Assembly: GCF_036663795.1 (NCBI RefSeq)
Contig: NZ_JAXOJP010000007.1
Location: 93,882-157,881 of the forward strand
Source of the DNA: Sphingomonas sp. RT2P30
GTDB taxonomy: Bacteria; Pseudomonadota; Alphaproteobacteria; Sphingomonadales; Sphingomonadaceae
Reading direction: 5' to 3'
DNA length: 64,000 nt
Made by a program: the position numbers and the translations under genes. This document shows, piece after piece, positions 50,466 to 62,461 of this stretch. Position 1 is the stretch's first letter; each line of letters opens with the position of its first letter. The notes below the pieces were generated by a model. That model was not told the origin of the DNA. It searched no databases and saw only the letters and a list, made by a program, of their open reading frames with translations.

Positions 50466-53312
50466 TCAGTGCCGATCCGCAACGGATTCGGCGGCTACCA
50501 CCTCAACCGGCAGACCGAGGCTGTCAAGCTGCGGCCGCACCTTGCTCGCGTCGCCGACGACGATCCACACCAGTTTCGACGGATCGATGACGCGCCGCGC
50601 TGCCGCGTCGAGCTCGGGCCGGGTGAAACGGCCGAGGCGCGATGCGAGCGTCTGGTAATAGTCGTCGGGGCGCCCGAGGAGATCGTTGGCCTGCATCGCA
50701 CCGAGCACGGCATTGCCGGTTTCGAAACTGCCGGAAAGCTGGCGTGTCGCGCCGGCGATGGTGCGATCGAACTCGTCGGCCGTGATGCCCTGATCGGTCA
50801 GGAAGTGTTTGAGATCGTCCTGCAGCGACGCGATCGCCGGACCGGTCTTGTCAGCCTGCACCGGCGCATTGATCTGATAGGGTGCGACGAATTCGAGCGC
50901 CGAGAAGCGCCCGCCCGCGCCGTAGGACCAGTGCCGTGCCTCGCGCAGATCCATGTTGATCCGCGACAGGAAATCGCCGCCGAGCACGACGTTCGCGGTG
51001 CTGTAGGGCAGCAGATCGTCGGTGCCCTTGAGGCCCGTCAGCGCCGCCGCGACGATGATCGACTGCGGCGAATCCGGACGATCGATCAGCACGATCTTCG
51101 GCGTCGCCTGGACCGGGGCAGCGGCGAAGTCCTTCACGCCGGCCACGCCGGTCGCGGTCCAGTCACCGAAATGCGCCTGCATCGCCGCCTTGATCTCGGC
51201 GAGCGGACGATCGCTGACGACGAAGATCTTCGCCTTGTCGGGGCGAAGCCACGCGCCGGCGAAGGCGGACAGTTCGTCGCGCGTCATCGTCTTGACCGCG
51301 GCGGGGTCGCCGGTGCCGGCGGCAAGCTTGGTATAGGGTGAGTTGGGGCCGTAAAGCAGCGGCGGGACGGCGCGGCCGGCCAGCGCATTGGGGTTGGTCT
51401 TTTCCTGCGCGATCGCGGCGAGCAACTGGCCGCGCACACGCTCCATCTCGGCCGCCGGGAAGGTCGGGCGGCGCGTTACATCGGCGAAGATGTCGAGCGC
51501 CGGGGCAAGGTTGACGCTCGGCACCGACAGGCTGATCGAGGTGCGGTCGGCGCTGGCGCCGATGCCAAGCCCCATGCCGAGCCGCTCACGCGCGGCGCCC
51601 AGCGCATTGGAATCGAGCGTCGGCGTGCCTTCGTTGATCATCGACAGGGTAAAGGTCTGGGTGCCGAGGCGGGTTGCCGGATCCGCGGCGCCGCCGGCAT
51701 CGAAGCTGATCACCGCGCGTGTCATCGGCACGGCGGCACGCTGGGCGTAGACCAGCTCGATGCCGTTCGACAGGCGCGTGCGCTCGACCTTCGGGAAGGA
51801 CAGCGCCTCGACCTTGCCGACATCGAGCTTGACCGGCGGCGCATCGGGCGCGGCGGCAGCTGCGGCCGCCGGCGCCTTGGCCGGGGCGGCGGCCTGGGCA
51901 TAGGCGGCGCGTGCGCCGGGCGCGACGGTCAACGCATAGACCGGGCGCGACAGCCATTTGTTGGCGGCGGCGGTGACGCGCGCCGGGGTCTCGGCGGCGA
52001 GGATCGCGAGTTCTTTCTTATAGTGATCGGGGTCGTTGGAGAACAACGCGCCCTGCGCCAGCGCGACCGCCTTGCCGCCAAAGCCCCCCACAGACTCCAG
52101 CCCGGCGATGCGCCGCGCGGCATCGCTGGTGGCGATGCGCTGGACCTCGTCAGCCGTGGGACCGGTTTTCAGGAAATCGGCAAGAATCTCGTCGATGCGC
52201 TTGTTGACCAACGCCGGATCGATGCCCGGCTTCACATTGACGGTAATCTCGAAGATGCCGAGCTGCGAGAAGCTCTGGTTGCTGGCCCGCGCCGACACCG
52301 CGAGCTTCTCCTTCTTGACCAGCGCCTGGTAGAGCCGCGCGCTCGACAGGCCGCCGAGCGCCGATGCGGCGACGTCGAGCGCGACCGATTCCTGGTCGTT
52401 GAGGCCCGGCACCGCCCACATGCGATAGAGCCGGGTGGTGGCGACGCGATCGGTGATCGTCTCGACCTTGGGCGCGGCCAGCGTCGGCACCGGGGCGACG
52501 GGGAGATGCACCTGCGGCCCGCGCGCGATGCCGCCGAAATATTTCTCGACCAGCGGACGCGCGGTCGCGACATCGATATCGCCGGCGAGCACGAGGACCG
52601 CATTGTTGGGGCCATAATGATCGGTGAACCAGGCCTTCACGTCGGTCAGGCTGGCGGCGTCGAGGTCGCTCATCGAGCCGATCGTGGTGTGGCCATAAGG
52701 GTGCGTCGCCGGGAAGAGCGATTCGACCTGCTTGTATTCGACCAGCCCATAAGGCTCGTTGTCGCCCTGGCGCTTCTCGTTCTGCACCACGCCGCGCTGC
52801 TCGTCGACGAGCGCCTGCGTCATTGCCGGCAGCAGATGCCCCATGCGATCGGCTTCGAGAAACAGCGCCGCGCCGAGCCCGGGTGTCGGCACGGTCTCGA
52901 AATAGTTGGTGCGGTCGAAATAGGTCGTGCCGTTATAGTCGGTCGCGCCGAGCTGCTTGAGATAGGTGAAATAGTCGCCTGGCGCGTTCTGGCTGCCGTT
53001 GAACATGAGATGCTCGAACAGATGCGCGAAGCCGGTCTTGCCCGCCGGCTCCATCTTCGAGCCGACATTGTACCACACGCTTACCGCGACGATCGGCGCC
53101 TTGCGATCGGTATGGACGATGACGCGCAGCCCGTTGGGCAGGGTGAATTGCTGATAGGGGATAGCAACCTGCGCAACCAGCGAAGCGACCGAAGCGGCGG
53201 GCTTGGCAACCGGTGTCGGCGTGGCGGGGCGGCCTGAGGCCGGCACGGCGAGCACCGCCAGCGCGACCCCGGACAGCAGCGCGGCGGACTGCACGAACAG
53301 CTTGCGATTCAT
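50466..53312 (-). CDS. M16-family (pitrilysin/insulinase-like) zinc peptidase, two-domain secreted form
   Basis: Signal peptide, inverted zinc motif HLFEHLMFNG (HxxEH), and duplicated M16 N- and C-domains. 948 aa. Confidence 0.9.
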   Translation of the reverse strand: MNRKLFVQSAALLSGVALAVLAVPASGRPATPTPVAKPAASVASLVAQVAIPYQQFTLPNGLRVIVHTDRKAPIVAVSVWYNVGSKMEPAGKTGFAHLFEHLMFNGSQNAPGDYFTYLKQLGATDYNGTTYFDRTNYFETVPTPGLGAALFLEADRMGHLLPAMTQALVDEQRGVVQNEKRQGDNEPYGLVEYKQVESLFPATHPYGHTTIGSMSDLDAASLTDVKAWFTDHYGPNNAVLVLAGDIDVATARPLVEKYFGGIARGPQVHLPVAPVPTLAAPKVETITDRVATTRLYRMWAVPGLNDQESVALDVAASALGGLSSARLYQALVKKEKLAVSARASNQSFSQLGIFEITVNVKPGIDPALVNKRIDEILADFLKTGPTADEVQRIATSDAARRIAGLESVGGFGGKAVALAQGALFSNDPDHYKKELAILAAETPARVTAAANKWLSRPVYALTVAPGARAAYAQAAAPAKAPAAAAAAAPDAPPVKLDVGKVEALSFPKVERTRLSNGIELVYAQRAAVPMTRAVISFDAGGAADPATRLGTQTFTLSMINEGTPTLDSNALGAARERLGMGLGIGASADRTSISLSVPSVNLAPALDIFADVTRRPTFPAAEMERVRGQLLAAIAQEKTNPNALAGRAVPPLLYGPNSPYTKLAAGTGDPAAVKTMTRDELSAFAGAWLRPDKAKIFVVSDRPLAEIKAAMQAHFGDWTATGVAGVKDFAAAPVQATPKIVLIDRPDSPQSIIVAAALTGLKGTDDLLPYSTANVVLGGDFLSRINMDLREARHWSYGAGGRFSALEFVAPYQINAPVQADKTGPAIASLQDDLKHFLTDQGITADEFDRTIAGATRQLSGSFETGNAVLGAMQANDLLGRPDDYYQTLASRLGRFTRPELDAAARRVIDPSKLVWIVVGDASKVRPQLDSLGLPVEVVAAESVADRH

Positions 53313-53372
53313 CGACTTTCCCCAATCTTGACGTGTTGCATCATGTTATAGCGCGGGCCATTGCCGGCGCAA

Positions 53373-55508
53373 TCATGGCCGATAGACGCGCTCGACATGC
53401 TGTTTGAGCTGGCTGGGGTAGAACCATACCGGCTTGAGCTGGTGCGCCACGAACAACTTTGCCTGATCGGTATAATGTTTCGAGTCTGGCCGCGTCATCG
53501 CCGCGCCGAACGGCTGGATCGAGCGCGAGCTGACATGGCCCGCCTTGTCCCAGTCGACGAACATGATGAAGCTGTCGCCATGGTTGACGACGAGCCGCCC
53601 GTCGGGCGCCTCGTCCCAGGTCGATGCCGCGCGCAGCACCTCGGGCGCGCCGTCCATCGGTAGATCGACCTTGCCCTGCCGCAGGCGCAGCACCTCGCCG
53701 AGCGGCGGATCGAGCCGGCCGAAATGATCGGTGAGATAGGCGGCGGCCTTGGCGAGTTCTTCTTGCGGGTCGAGCTCGGCATTGCGGCGGTAATGCCATT
53801 TCTGCCCGGCGCGCATCAGGATCACCGCCAGCGACTGCGCCGGGTTGTGGCCGTCGAAATTCCAGTTCCACTGTGCGAGCAGCTGCTGGGCGTGCGCGAC
53901 CTGCTCGTTGTCCTTCGGCGGAGCGGCGGCGAGATCAGCGAACCATTTGCCGCCCCAGCCCTGCTTGCTGACCCCGGTATCGAACTTGATGCGGGTTAGA
54001 TCCTCGGCGCTGATCCGCGGGTTGGCGCCCATCAGCTCGAGCGCGCGCGTGCCGCGATTGGTGGTGTCGGTCTCGACGCCGAGCAGCGGGTCCTGCGGTG
54101 GGATCTCCGATCCGGTCCCGGCCGCCTGATAGGGCGTGTTGTTGGCGTTGATCAGGAAACCCGACGCCGGATTGACGTTCCGCGGCACCCGCGCCCAGGC
54201 CACGGTACCGGGGGCGAAGTCGCGCGACCTGTCGCCGGGCAGCACCCTGGCATAGTCGAAGCCCGGCCTCCGGTTGGGGAAGGACGCGTTGTAGAAATAG
54301 GCGATGTTGCCCTTGGCGTCGCCGTAGAGGAAGTTGGTCGCCGGCACGCCCTGGATCGCCAGCGCCTGTTGCCATTCGGTGAAAGTGCGGGCGCGATTGA
54401 GGCGGTAATATTCCTCGACCATCCTGAGCTGGTCGGCGCCGCCATAGCGGATCGCAAAGGCGCCGCTCTTGTTGACGATCACCGGCCCCTGTACCGCGCG
54501 GTACACCGTCTTTGGGACGGGCAGGACGAACGGCCCCCACAGCTTGACGTGCAACCACACGGTGGTCTTTTCGAGCGGACGCATCGCGCCGTCGAAGCGG
54601 TAGCTGGTGCCATCGGCACCCAGCGCGAGTTTGTAGACGTCGATGAGATCGGGCCGGTTGACGGTATTGGTCCAGCCCAGCGTCAGATTGTGCCCCATCA
54701 ACGGATAGGGTGCGCCGGTGAAGGTTGCGCCGGCGAAGTTCCACCCGGCCTGCGAGTGCACCACCAGCTCGTACCAGGCGACGCCGCCACGCCACGGCTG
54801 ATGCGAGTTCGACACCAGCCGCGTATGGCCATCGGCCGAACGACGCGGCGCGACGACGAAGGCGTTCGAGCCATTCTCCTGGCCGTTGGGCCCGACCGGC
54901 GTGACGTCGGGCGCATCGGGTTGCGGGCCGGCATTCTCGCGCGGCAGCGCCTCATCGCCGACCAGCGCGGCAAGCGTCGCGTCGAGCCCGAAGAAGAAAG
55001 GCGAGCGCAACACGAAACCGGTCGCGATATCCTCGCCATTGACCGGGAAGAGCTTCGCCAGCCGGATCTCGTCGGGGTGGCGCGCGGCAAAGCGATTGAG
55101 CCCGGAGGCATAGCCGTCGAGCAAGGCACGGACATCGGCCGGCTGCTTCATGTAATCGCGCCGCGCGGTGGCGCGCGCGCCGACGAGATGCAGCGCGAAA
55201 TCGCTCTTCGCACCATCCGCGCCGGTCATCGCGCCGAGCCGCCCGCGCGACATCGCCAGCCCTTCCTGCAAGGTCGCGAAATCATCCTCGGCATGGGCAT
55301 AGGCGATGCCATAGGCGACATCGGGGTCGGTCTTGCCGAAGATGTGCGGCACGCCGAAATTGTCACGCGCGATGGTCACGTCATAATGATGTGTCGGCGG
55401 CGGGGTCGCGGCGCGGGCGGTCAGCGGCTCCCACGTGGCAAGGAAGATCGCGACCAGCAGCAGCAGGACCACGACGAAAATGCCAGCACGCCGCAAAATC
55501 TTCCGCAT
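53373..55508 (-). CDS. Penicillin-acylase family protein (Ntn-hydrolase; possible acyl-homoserine-lactone acylase)
   Basis: Start MRKILRRAGIFVVVLLLL (signal anchor). Internal Ser (SNAFVVAP) typical of the Ntn beta-subunit N-terminus of PvdQ/QuiP/PGA-like enzymes. Confidence 0.8.
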   Translation of the reverse strand: MRKILRRAGIFVVVLLLLVAIFLATWEPLTARAATPPPTHHYDVTIARDNFGVPHIFGKTDPDVAYGIAYAHAEDDFATLQEGLAMSRGRLGAMTGADGAKSDFALHLVGARATARRDYMKQPADVRALLDGYASGLNRFAARHPDEIRLAKLFPVNGEDIATGFVLRSPFFFGLDATLAALVGDEALPRENAGPQPDAPDVTPVGPNGQENGSNAFVVAPRRSADGHTRLVSNSHQPWRGGVAWYELVVHSQAGWNFAGATFTGAPYPLMGHNLTLGWTNTVNRPDLIDVYKLALGADGTSYRFDGAMRPLEKTTVWLHVKLWGPFVLPVPKTVYRAVQGPVIVNKSGAFAIRYGGADQLRMVEEYYRLNRARTFTEWQQALAIQGVPATNFLYGDAKGNIAYFYNASFPNRRPGFDYARVLPGDRSRDFAPGTVAWARVPRNVNPASGFLINANNTPYQAAGTGSEIPPQDPLLGVETDTTNRGTRALELMGANPRISAEDLTRIKFDTGVSKQGWGGKWFADLAAAPPKDNEQVAHAQQLLAQWNWNFDGHNPAQSLAVILMRAGQKWHYRRNAELDPQEELAKAAAYLTDHFGRLDPPLGEVLRLRQGKVDLPMDGAPEVLRAASTWDEAPDGRLVVNHGDSFIMFVDWDKAGHVSSRSIQPFGAAMTRPDSKHYTDQAKLFVAHQLKPVWFYPSQLKQHVERVYRP

Positions 55509-55727
55509 CTCATCCCCACCTATTTGCTCTTGTGCCGTCGGTCTTATCCGCGCGGCCCGGAAAGCGCGACCCGGCAATCGACCAGGCGCCCGTCTCCATG
55601 CAGCGCGCCGCACGACGCGTCGCCATCATCATTAGGTATATTGACGCATTGCGATTACCGATGATCGCGCCCCTTGTGTTGCCAAATTACAACACTATCT
55701 GCGCTGAGACCAAGGACAGGGACGCTC

Positions 55728-58310
<2,583 letters not shown>

Positions 58311-58315
58311 GAAAA

Positions 58316-58343
58316 GGGGGCGGCTTCCGCGTGGAAGCCGCCC
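58316..58343. terminator. Bidirectional GC-rich hairpin between convergent clpB and the TonB-dependent receptor gene
   Basis: ggggcggcttcc gcgt ggaagccgcccc, a perfect 12-bp stem. It sits 6 nt after the clpB stop. The minus-strand side is followed by CTTTTC. Confidence 0.7.
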
Positions 58344-58371
58344 CGATCCTGTCAGGCCTTCAGGCCACGGG

Positions 58372-61281
58372 TCAGAACTTGAAGTTCGCGCCCGCGCGGA
58401 AGAAGCGCCCGACGATCCCGGACTGGGTCCAGGTCGGGTTGTAGTTGTTGCCGGCGTAGTTGGCCGGGTTGAGCGGCGCACTGGCGTCGAACAGGTTGAT
58501 CACGTTCACGTAAAAGCTGAACTTGCTGTTGACCTTGACCTCACCGACCAGATCGAGGTCGAAAAAGCCCTTGGTGCTGCAGAAGGTGTCACCCGCCCCA
58601 TAGAGCGAATCCGCGCAGCTGGTAGCGCCGTGGCCGCTCTGGTCCTCGGCCACCGAGCGGTAGCCGCTGACATAATAAGCGGTGCCGGTCAGCGTGAACG
58701 GCCCGGTCTGCAGGCTGTTCTGCCAGTTGGCACGCCAGCGTGGCGTCCCTGCCCCCGACGACAGCACGTACGGCGCCTGGGTGCCGACATAATGGTCATA
58801 GGGGTCGTTGGCCGAGGGCTTGAAATCGTAGTTGAGGATTTCGGTGCCTTCGAGCCGGGTGGTGAAGCGTGTGTTCCCGCCGAATTTGAAGTCGCCCTGG
58901 ATCGAGACATCGATACCGGACGTCTTCAGCGCCGCAGCGTTTTCGTAAGGCGAATTGACGATCAACACCCGGCGTACCGCGTTCGGGAACTGAGGATCCG
59001 GATCGTCGACCGTGACGGTATAGCCAGCCGGCAGGGCCGTGCCGGCGTAATAGGCTGACAGCGCAGCGCCCGCCAGCGGTCCGCCCGAGATGACGTCGGT
59101 CTTCTTGATGTTGTAATAGTCGACCGTCATGCTGAGCCAGCGCGTCGGCTGGAAGATCGCACCGGCGGTAAAGCTGCGCGACTTCTCGGGCTTCAGGTTG
59201 GGGTTGGACGCGTTGTTGAAGCCGATCGAATAGGCCTGAACGTAGGAATTGCCGCCGGTGCAGCCATCGGCCGTGGCGGTGCCACCATGGGCGAGGATCA
59301 GGTTACAGTTGGGCGACGAGGTCGTGTAGCCGATCACCGCGCCGTTCTGCGATTCGGCGAAGCTCGGTGCGCGGAAGCCCTTGGAGAAGGTACCGCGCAG
59401 CGCCAGTTCGCGGATCGGGGTGAACTTGAACCCGACCTTCGGCGAGAAGCGGCTATAGCCGTCCGAATAGTGATCGTAGCGGCCTGAACCGTTGATCTCG
59501 AGCTGGTCGAAGATCGGTGCGTTCACCTCGAAGAAACCCGCCGTCACCGTCCGGGCACCCGAGGCGGTGACCGCATTGAGGCCGAGGAAGGCGTTGTTCA
59601 CATTGGCATTCGGATTGTTGAGCTTTTCGCGCCGCACCGAGCCGCCGACCGCGACCTGCAGCGGACCGCCGGGCAGCTGGAACAGATCCTTGGTGACGAC
59701 GGCCTGCGCCATGTACAGCTCGGTCCGGGCCTTGGTGACCACGTCGGGCGAGATCGAATCGCGCACCGCCTGGCTGTTGAGCGACGGATTGATGAAGTTG
59801 TAGCTGCCGGTGTTGATCGCATTGGTCAGGCCGGCGATATTGATATAGCCCTTGTTGGTGCCGGTCAGGTCGCTGCGCGCATAGGTCGCATCGAACGAAT
59901 AGCCCCAGCCGTCACCGAACTTGCCCGAAATGCCGCCCGCGATACGGTAGACATTGTTGTCGGTCTCGGCCGACGCCGGAATGTCGCCGAACGCATAGTT
60001 GATCTGTGCGGCCAGGCCCCGCGCCGCATAGGGGTTCTGCGGGTTGAGCGTGCCGTTGCTGAGCAGCGCCGGCAACACGACGTTGGTCGAGTTGATCGGG
60101 TTGCGCTGGCGGATTGTCGACGGGGTGGTCGTCGAGAACACCTTGCTGTGATAATAGGTGCCGGTCAGATAGGCCTGTGCATTGTCGCCGACCTGCACCG
60201 TCGCGTGACCGGTGAAGCCATAGCGCGTCTGCTCGGGCGCGATCGTGCCGTAGGTCGCCTGGTTCTGCTCGCAATAGGCGCCGCCATTGCCGCCATTTTC
60301 CAGCGTGACCGGGTCGAACTTGGCGATCGTGCCGGCGGCGCAACCGGCCGGGTTGAGCACCTGGCTGAGCGTGTCGGGCAGGGCGACGCCGCTGAACGGG
60401 TTGCCCGGCGTGGTCTGCGTTGCAGGGCGAACGACCGCGCTGATCGTGCCGACGCGACCGCCGAACGCACCGAATGCGCCGACATTGTTGTCGAAGCCGC
60501 CGATCGAGCTCAGGTCGGTGGTGTTGTAGGGGAAACCACGATCGGCGACGCCGATCAGGCCGTCATGCTCATATTCGCCGTTGAGGTAGACGTTGAAGCC
60601 CTGCTCCTTCAGGTCGCCATAGCCCGCGGTCAGCGTCGCACGCTGCTCGCCGCCATCGCCGCGCTGCGAGATGCCGCCTTCGACGGTGCCCTCGATGCCC
60701 TTGATTTCCTTGCGCTGGATGATGTTGACCACGCCGCCGATCGCATCGGCGCCATAGGTCGACGACGCGCCGTCCTTGAGCACTTCGATCCGCTCGATCG
60801 TGCTCTTCGGAATCGAGTTAAGATCGACGAAGGAACGCTGGCCGTCATCGGCATAGGGATAGTTGGTGGTACGGATGCCGTCGATCAGCACCAGCGTCGA
60901 GTTGACGGTCAGGCCGCGCAGCGAAACGCCGGCGGCGCCCGAGCCGAAGCCGTTGGCGAAGGCGGTCGGGACCGAGCCCGAATTGTCCGCCGAAATCGAG
61001 TGAATCGCGTCGGCGATGTTGGTGATGCCGGCCTTTTGCAGATTCTCCGCGGTCAGCACCGTGACGGGCGACGGCGTTTCCTTGTCGGTGCGGCGAAACA
61101 GCGTACCGGTCACGACGATATCGGGGGTGGTGTCGGCGGCCTGGTCGACGGGTGCGGCCGGTGCTGGTGCGGTTTGGTCCTGGGCGAAGGCAGGTACCGC
61201 GATCAGCGCCAAAGCGAGCCCGAGCGGCGCCGCGCTGGCGCGCAAATGCGCCTGGCGGGAACGGTGCAGCGATGTTGTCAT
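58372..61281 (-). CDS. TonB-dependent outer-membrane receptor
   Basis: Signal peptide, TonB box (DIVVTG), plug domain and 22-strand barrel with a terminal F. About 970 aa. Confidence 0.9.
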   Translation of the reverse strand: MTTSLHRSRQAHLRASAAPLGLALALIAVPAFAQDQTAPAPAAPVDQAADTTPDIVVTGTLFRRTDKETPSPVTVLTAENLQKAGITNIADAIHSISADNSGSVPTAFANGFGSGAAGVSLRGLTVNSTLVLIDGIRTTNYPYADDGQRSFVDLNSIPKSTIERIEVLKDGASSTYGADAIGGVVNIIQRKEIKGIEGTVEGGISQRGDGGEQRATLTAGYGDLKEQGFNVYLNGEYEHDGLIGVADRGFPYNTTDLSSIGGFDNNVGAFGAFGGRVGTISAVVRPATQTTPGNPFSGVALPDTLSQVLNPAGCAAGTIAKFDPVTLENGGNGGAYCEQNQATYGTIAPEQTRYGFTGHATVQVGDNAQAYLTGTYYHSKVFSTTTPSTIRQRNPINSTNVVLPALLSNGTLNPQNPYAARGLAAQINYAFGDIPASAETDNNVYRIAGGISGKFGDGWGYSFDATYARSDLTGTNKGYINIAGLTNAINTGSYNFINPSLNSQAVRDSISPDVVTKARTELYMAQAVVTKDLFQLPGGPLQVAVGGSVRREKLNNPNANVNNAFLGLNAVTASGARTVTAGFFEVNAPIFDQLEINGSGRYDHYSDGYSRFSPKVGFKFTPIRELALRGTFSKGFRAPSFAESQNGAVIGYTTSSPNCNLILAHGGTATADGCTGGNSYVQAYSIGFNNASNPNLKPEKSRSFTAGAIFQPTRWLSMTVDYYNIKKTDVISGGPLAGAALSAYYAGTALPAGYTVTVDDPDPQFPNAVRRVLIVNSPYENAAALKTSGIDVSIQGDFKFGGNTRFTTRLEGTEILNYDFKPSANDPYDHYVGTQAPYVLSSGAGTPRWRANWQNSLQTGPFTLTGTAYYVSGYRSVAEDQSGHGATSCADSLYGAGDTFCSTKGFFDLDLVGEVKVNSKFSFYVNVINLFDASAPLNPANYAGNNYNPTWTQSGIVGRFFRAGANFKF

Positions 61282-61554
61282 TAGGGGAGTCCTCAAGATT
61301 TACACGTGCCAGGCGAATACATCTCGCCGAGCTGGCACCCTCGGCGCCCCCTACCCCGGTCGCCTTGTGCAAAGTATCGCTGTTGATTGTAAACCGGCCA
61401 CGCAGCCTGCCGGTAGGTTTTGTCTCACACTGTCACCGGGTTGCAACAGTATTCTGTCACGTTACCGTTCCTATCCGGGCTGGTCGGGCCCGGAAATCGC
61501 CACCCCGGCAATGAGGGCCGTGCGCGTCGCTGGTCGCCGCCAGTGTCGGCTGCA

Positions 61555-62433
61555 TCACCCGATCCGGCTAAATGCCTTGTCCAGCAACTTCGCCAGGCGC
61601 AGGCCGCCGCGTTCAACCTGAAGGCGGGCCGCCGGCACCAGGCTGGCGATCGTCGCATCGTCCAGCGCGACACGCGCCGGGTTGGGCCCGCACGGATCGC
61701 CGTGCAGTGCGGTAGCATAGACAACGTCGTGCGCCACCTGCCAGCTTTCGCGGCTCCAGTCGGTCACCGTGCCGGCGGCGATGCGCGCCCGGGTTGCCGC
61801 CGGGTAGCGTCGCACCAGCGTTGGACCCGTGGTGATCGCGCGCTCGGCGAGCGGGCCGTCCCACACCGAATGGAGGTTGAAGCGCTGAGGTGCATAGACG
61901 CCATAGCTCGCGCCGATATCGTTGCCGCCCTTGTCGGCCTTCTCGCCGGCATGGAGCGGCTGGTGCAGGTCGCCGACGAAGTGGATCAGGAACACCAGCG
62001 CCTGGACCTTGTCCTTGCGCGGCGCGTGGCGGTCGCGCAGCGTGGCGACGTCGCGCTCGATCTGCGCCGACACGCAATTGCCGTCCTTGCATGGCTCGGC
62101 CAGCGCAAAGGACTGGCAGACATTCACGTCCTGGAAGTGCCAGCCATAGGCATAGCCGAAGCGCGGCTTGCCATCGCCGGTCTTCAGTTTCTTGACACAA
62201 TCGGCCCAGGTGCTGGCGCGCTCGATCGTCGTAGCGGGGCATTCGGGCGTGCCGAGCGATGCCGAGGTTGCCAGCAGGCGGCGGACTGCAAGACGCGTCG
62301 CCGGGGTAACGTTGGCCATGGCGATCTCGCCGACCGTCTCATGGCCATATTCCCAATAGGCCGAAGCGGGAGCGGACAGGCCGATCGTGGCGACGAAGGC
62401 ACCGATCGTGGCGGCGGTTACAATGCGACTCAT
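61555..62433 (-). CDS. S1/P1 family nuclease (secreted)
   Basis: Signal peptide then the mature N-terminal W (AYWEYGHETVGEIA). His and Asp zinc ligands (HFVGDLHQPLH) are present. Confidence 0.85.
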   Translation of the reverse strand: MSRIVTAATIGAFVATIGLSAPASAYWEYGHETVGEIAMANVTPATRLAVRRLLATSASLGTPECPATTIERASTWADCVKKLKTGDGKPRFGYAYGWHFQDVNVCQSFALAEPCKDGNCVSAQIERDVATLRDRHAPRKDKVQALVFLIHFVGDLHQPLHAGEKADKGGNDIGASYGVYAPQRFNLHSVWDGPLAERAITTGPTLVRRYPAATRARIAAGTVTDWSRESWQVAHDVVYATALHGDPCGPNPARVALDDATIASLVPAARLQVERGGLRLAKLLDKAFSRIG

Positions 62434-62461
62434 CGGGGCGGCTATAAGGCGCCCGCTGCGC

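Noticed and set aside
61282-61554. Cobalamin or TPP riboswitch in the TonB-dependent receptor leader
   Set aside because: The B12-box complement (CAGTGGC on the plus strand) and the TPP CTGAGA core (TCTCAG on the plus strand) are both absent.
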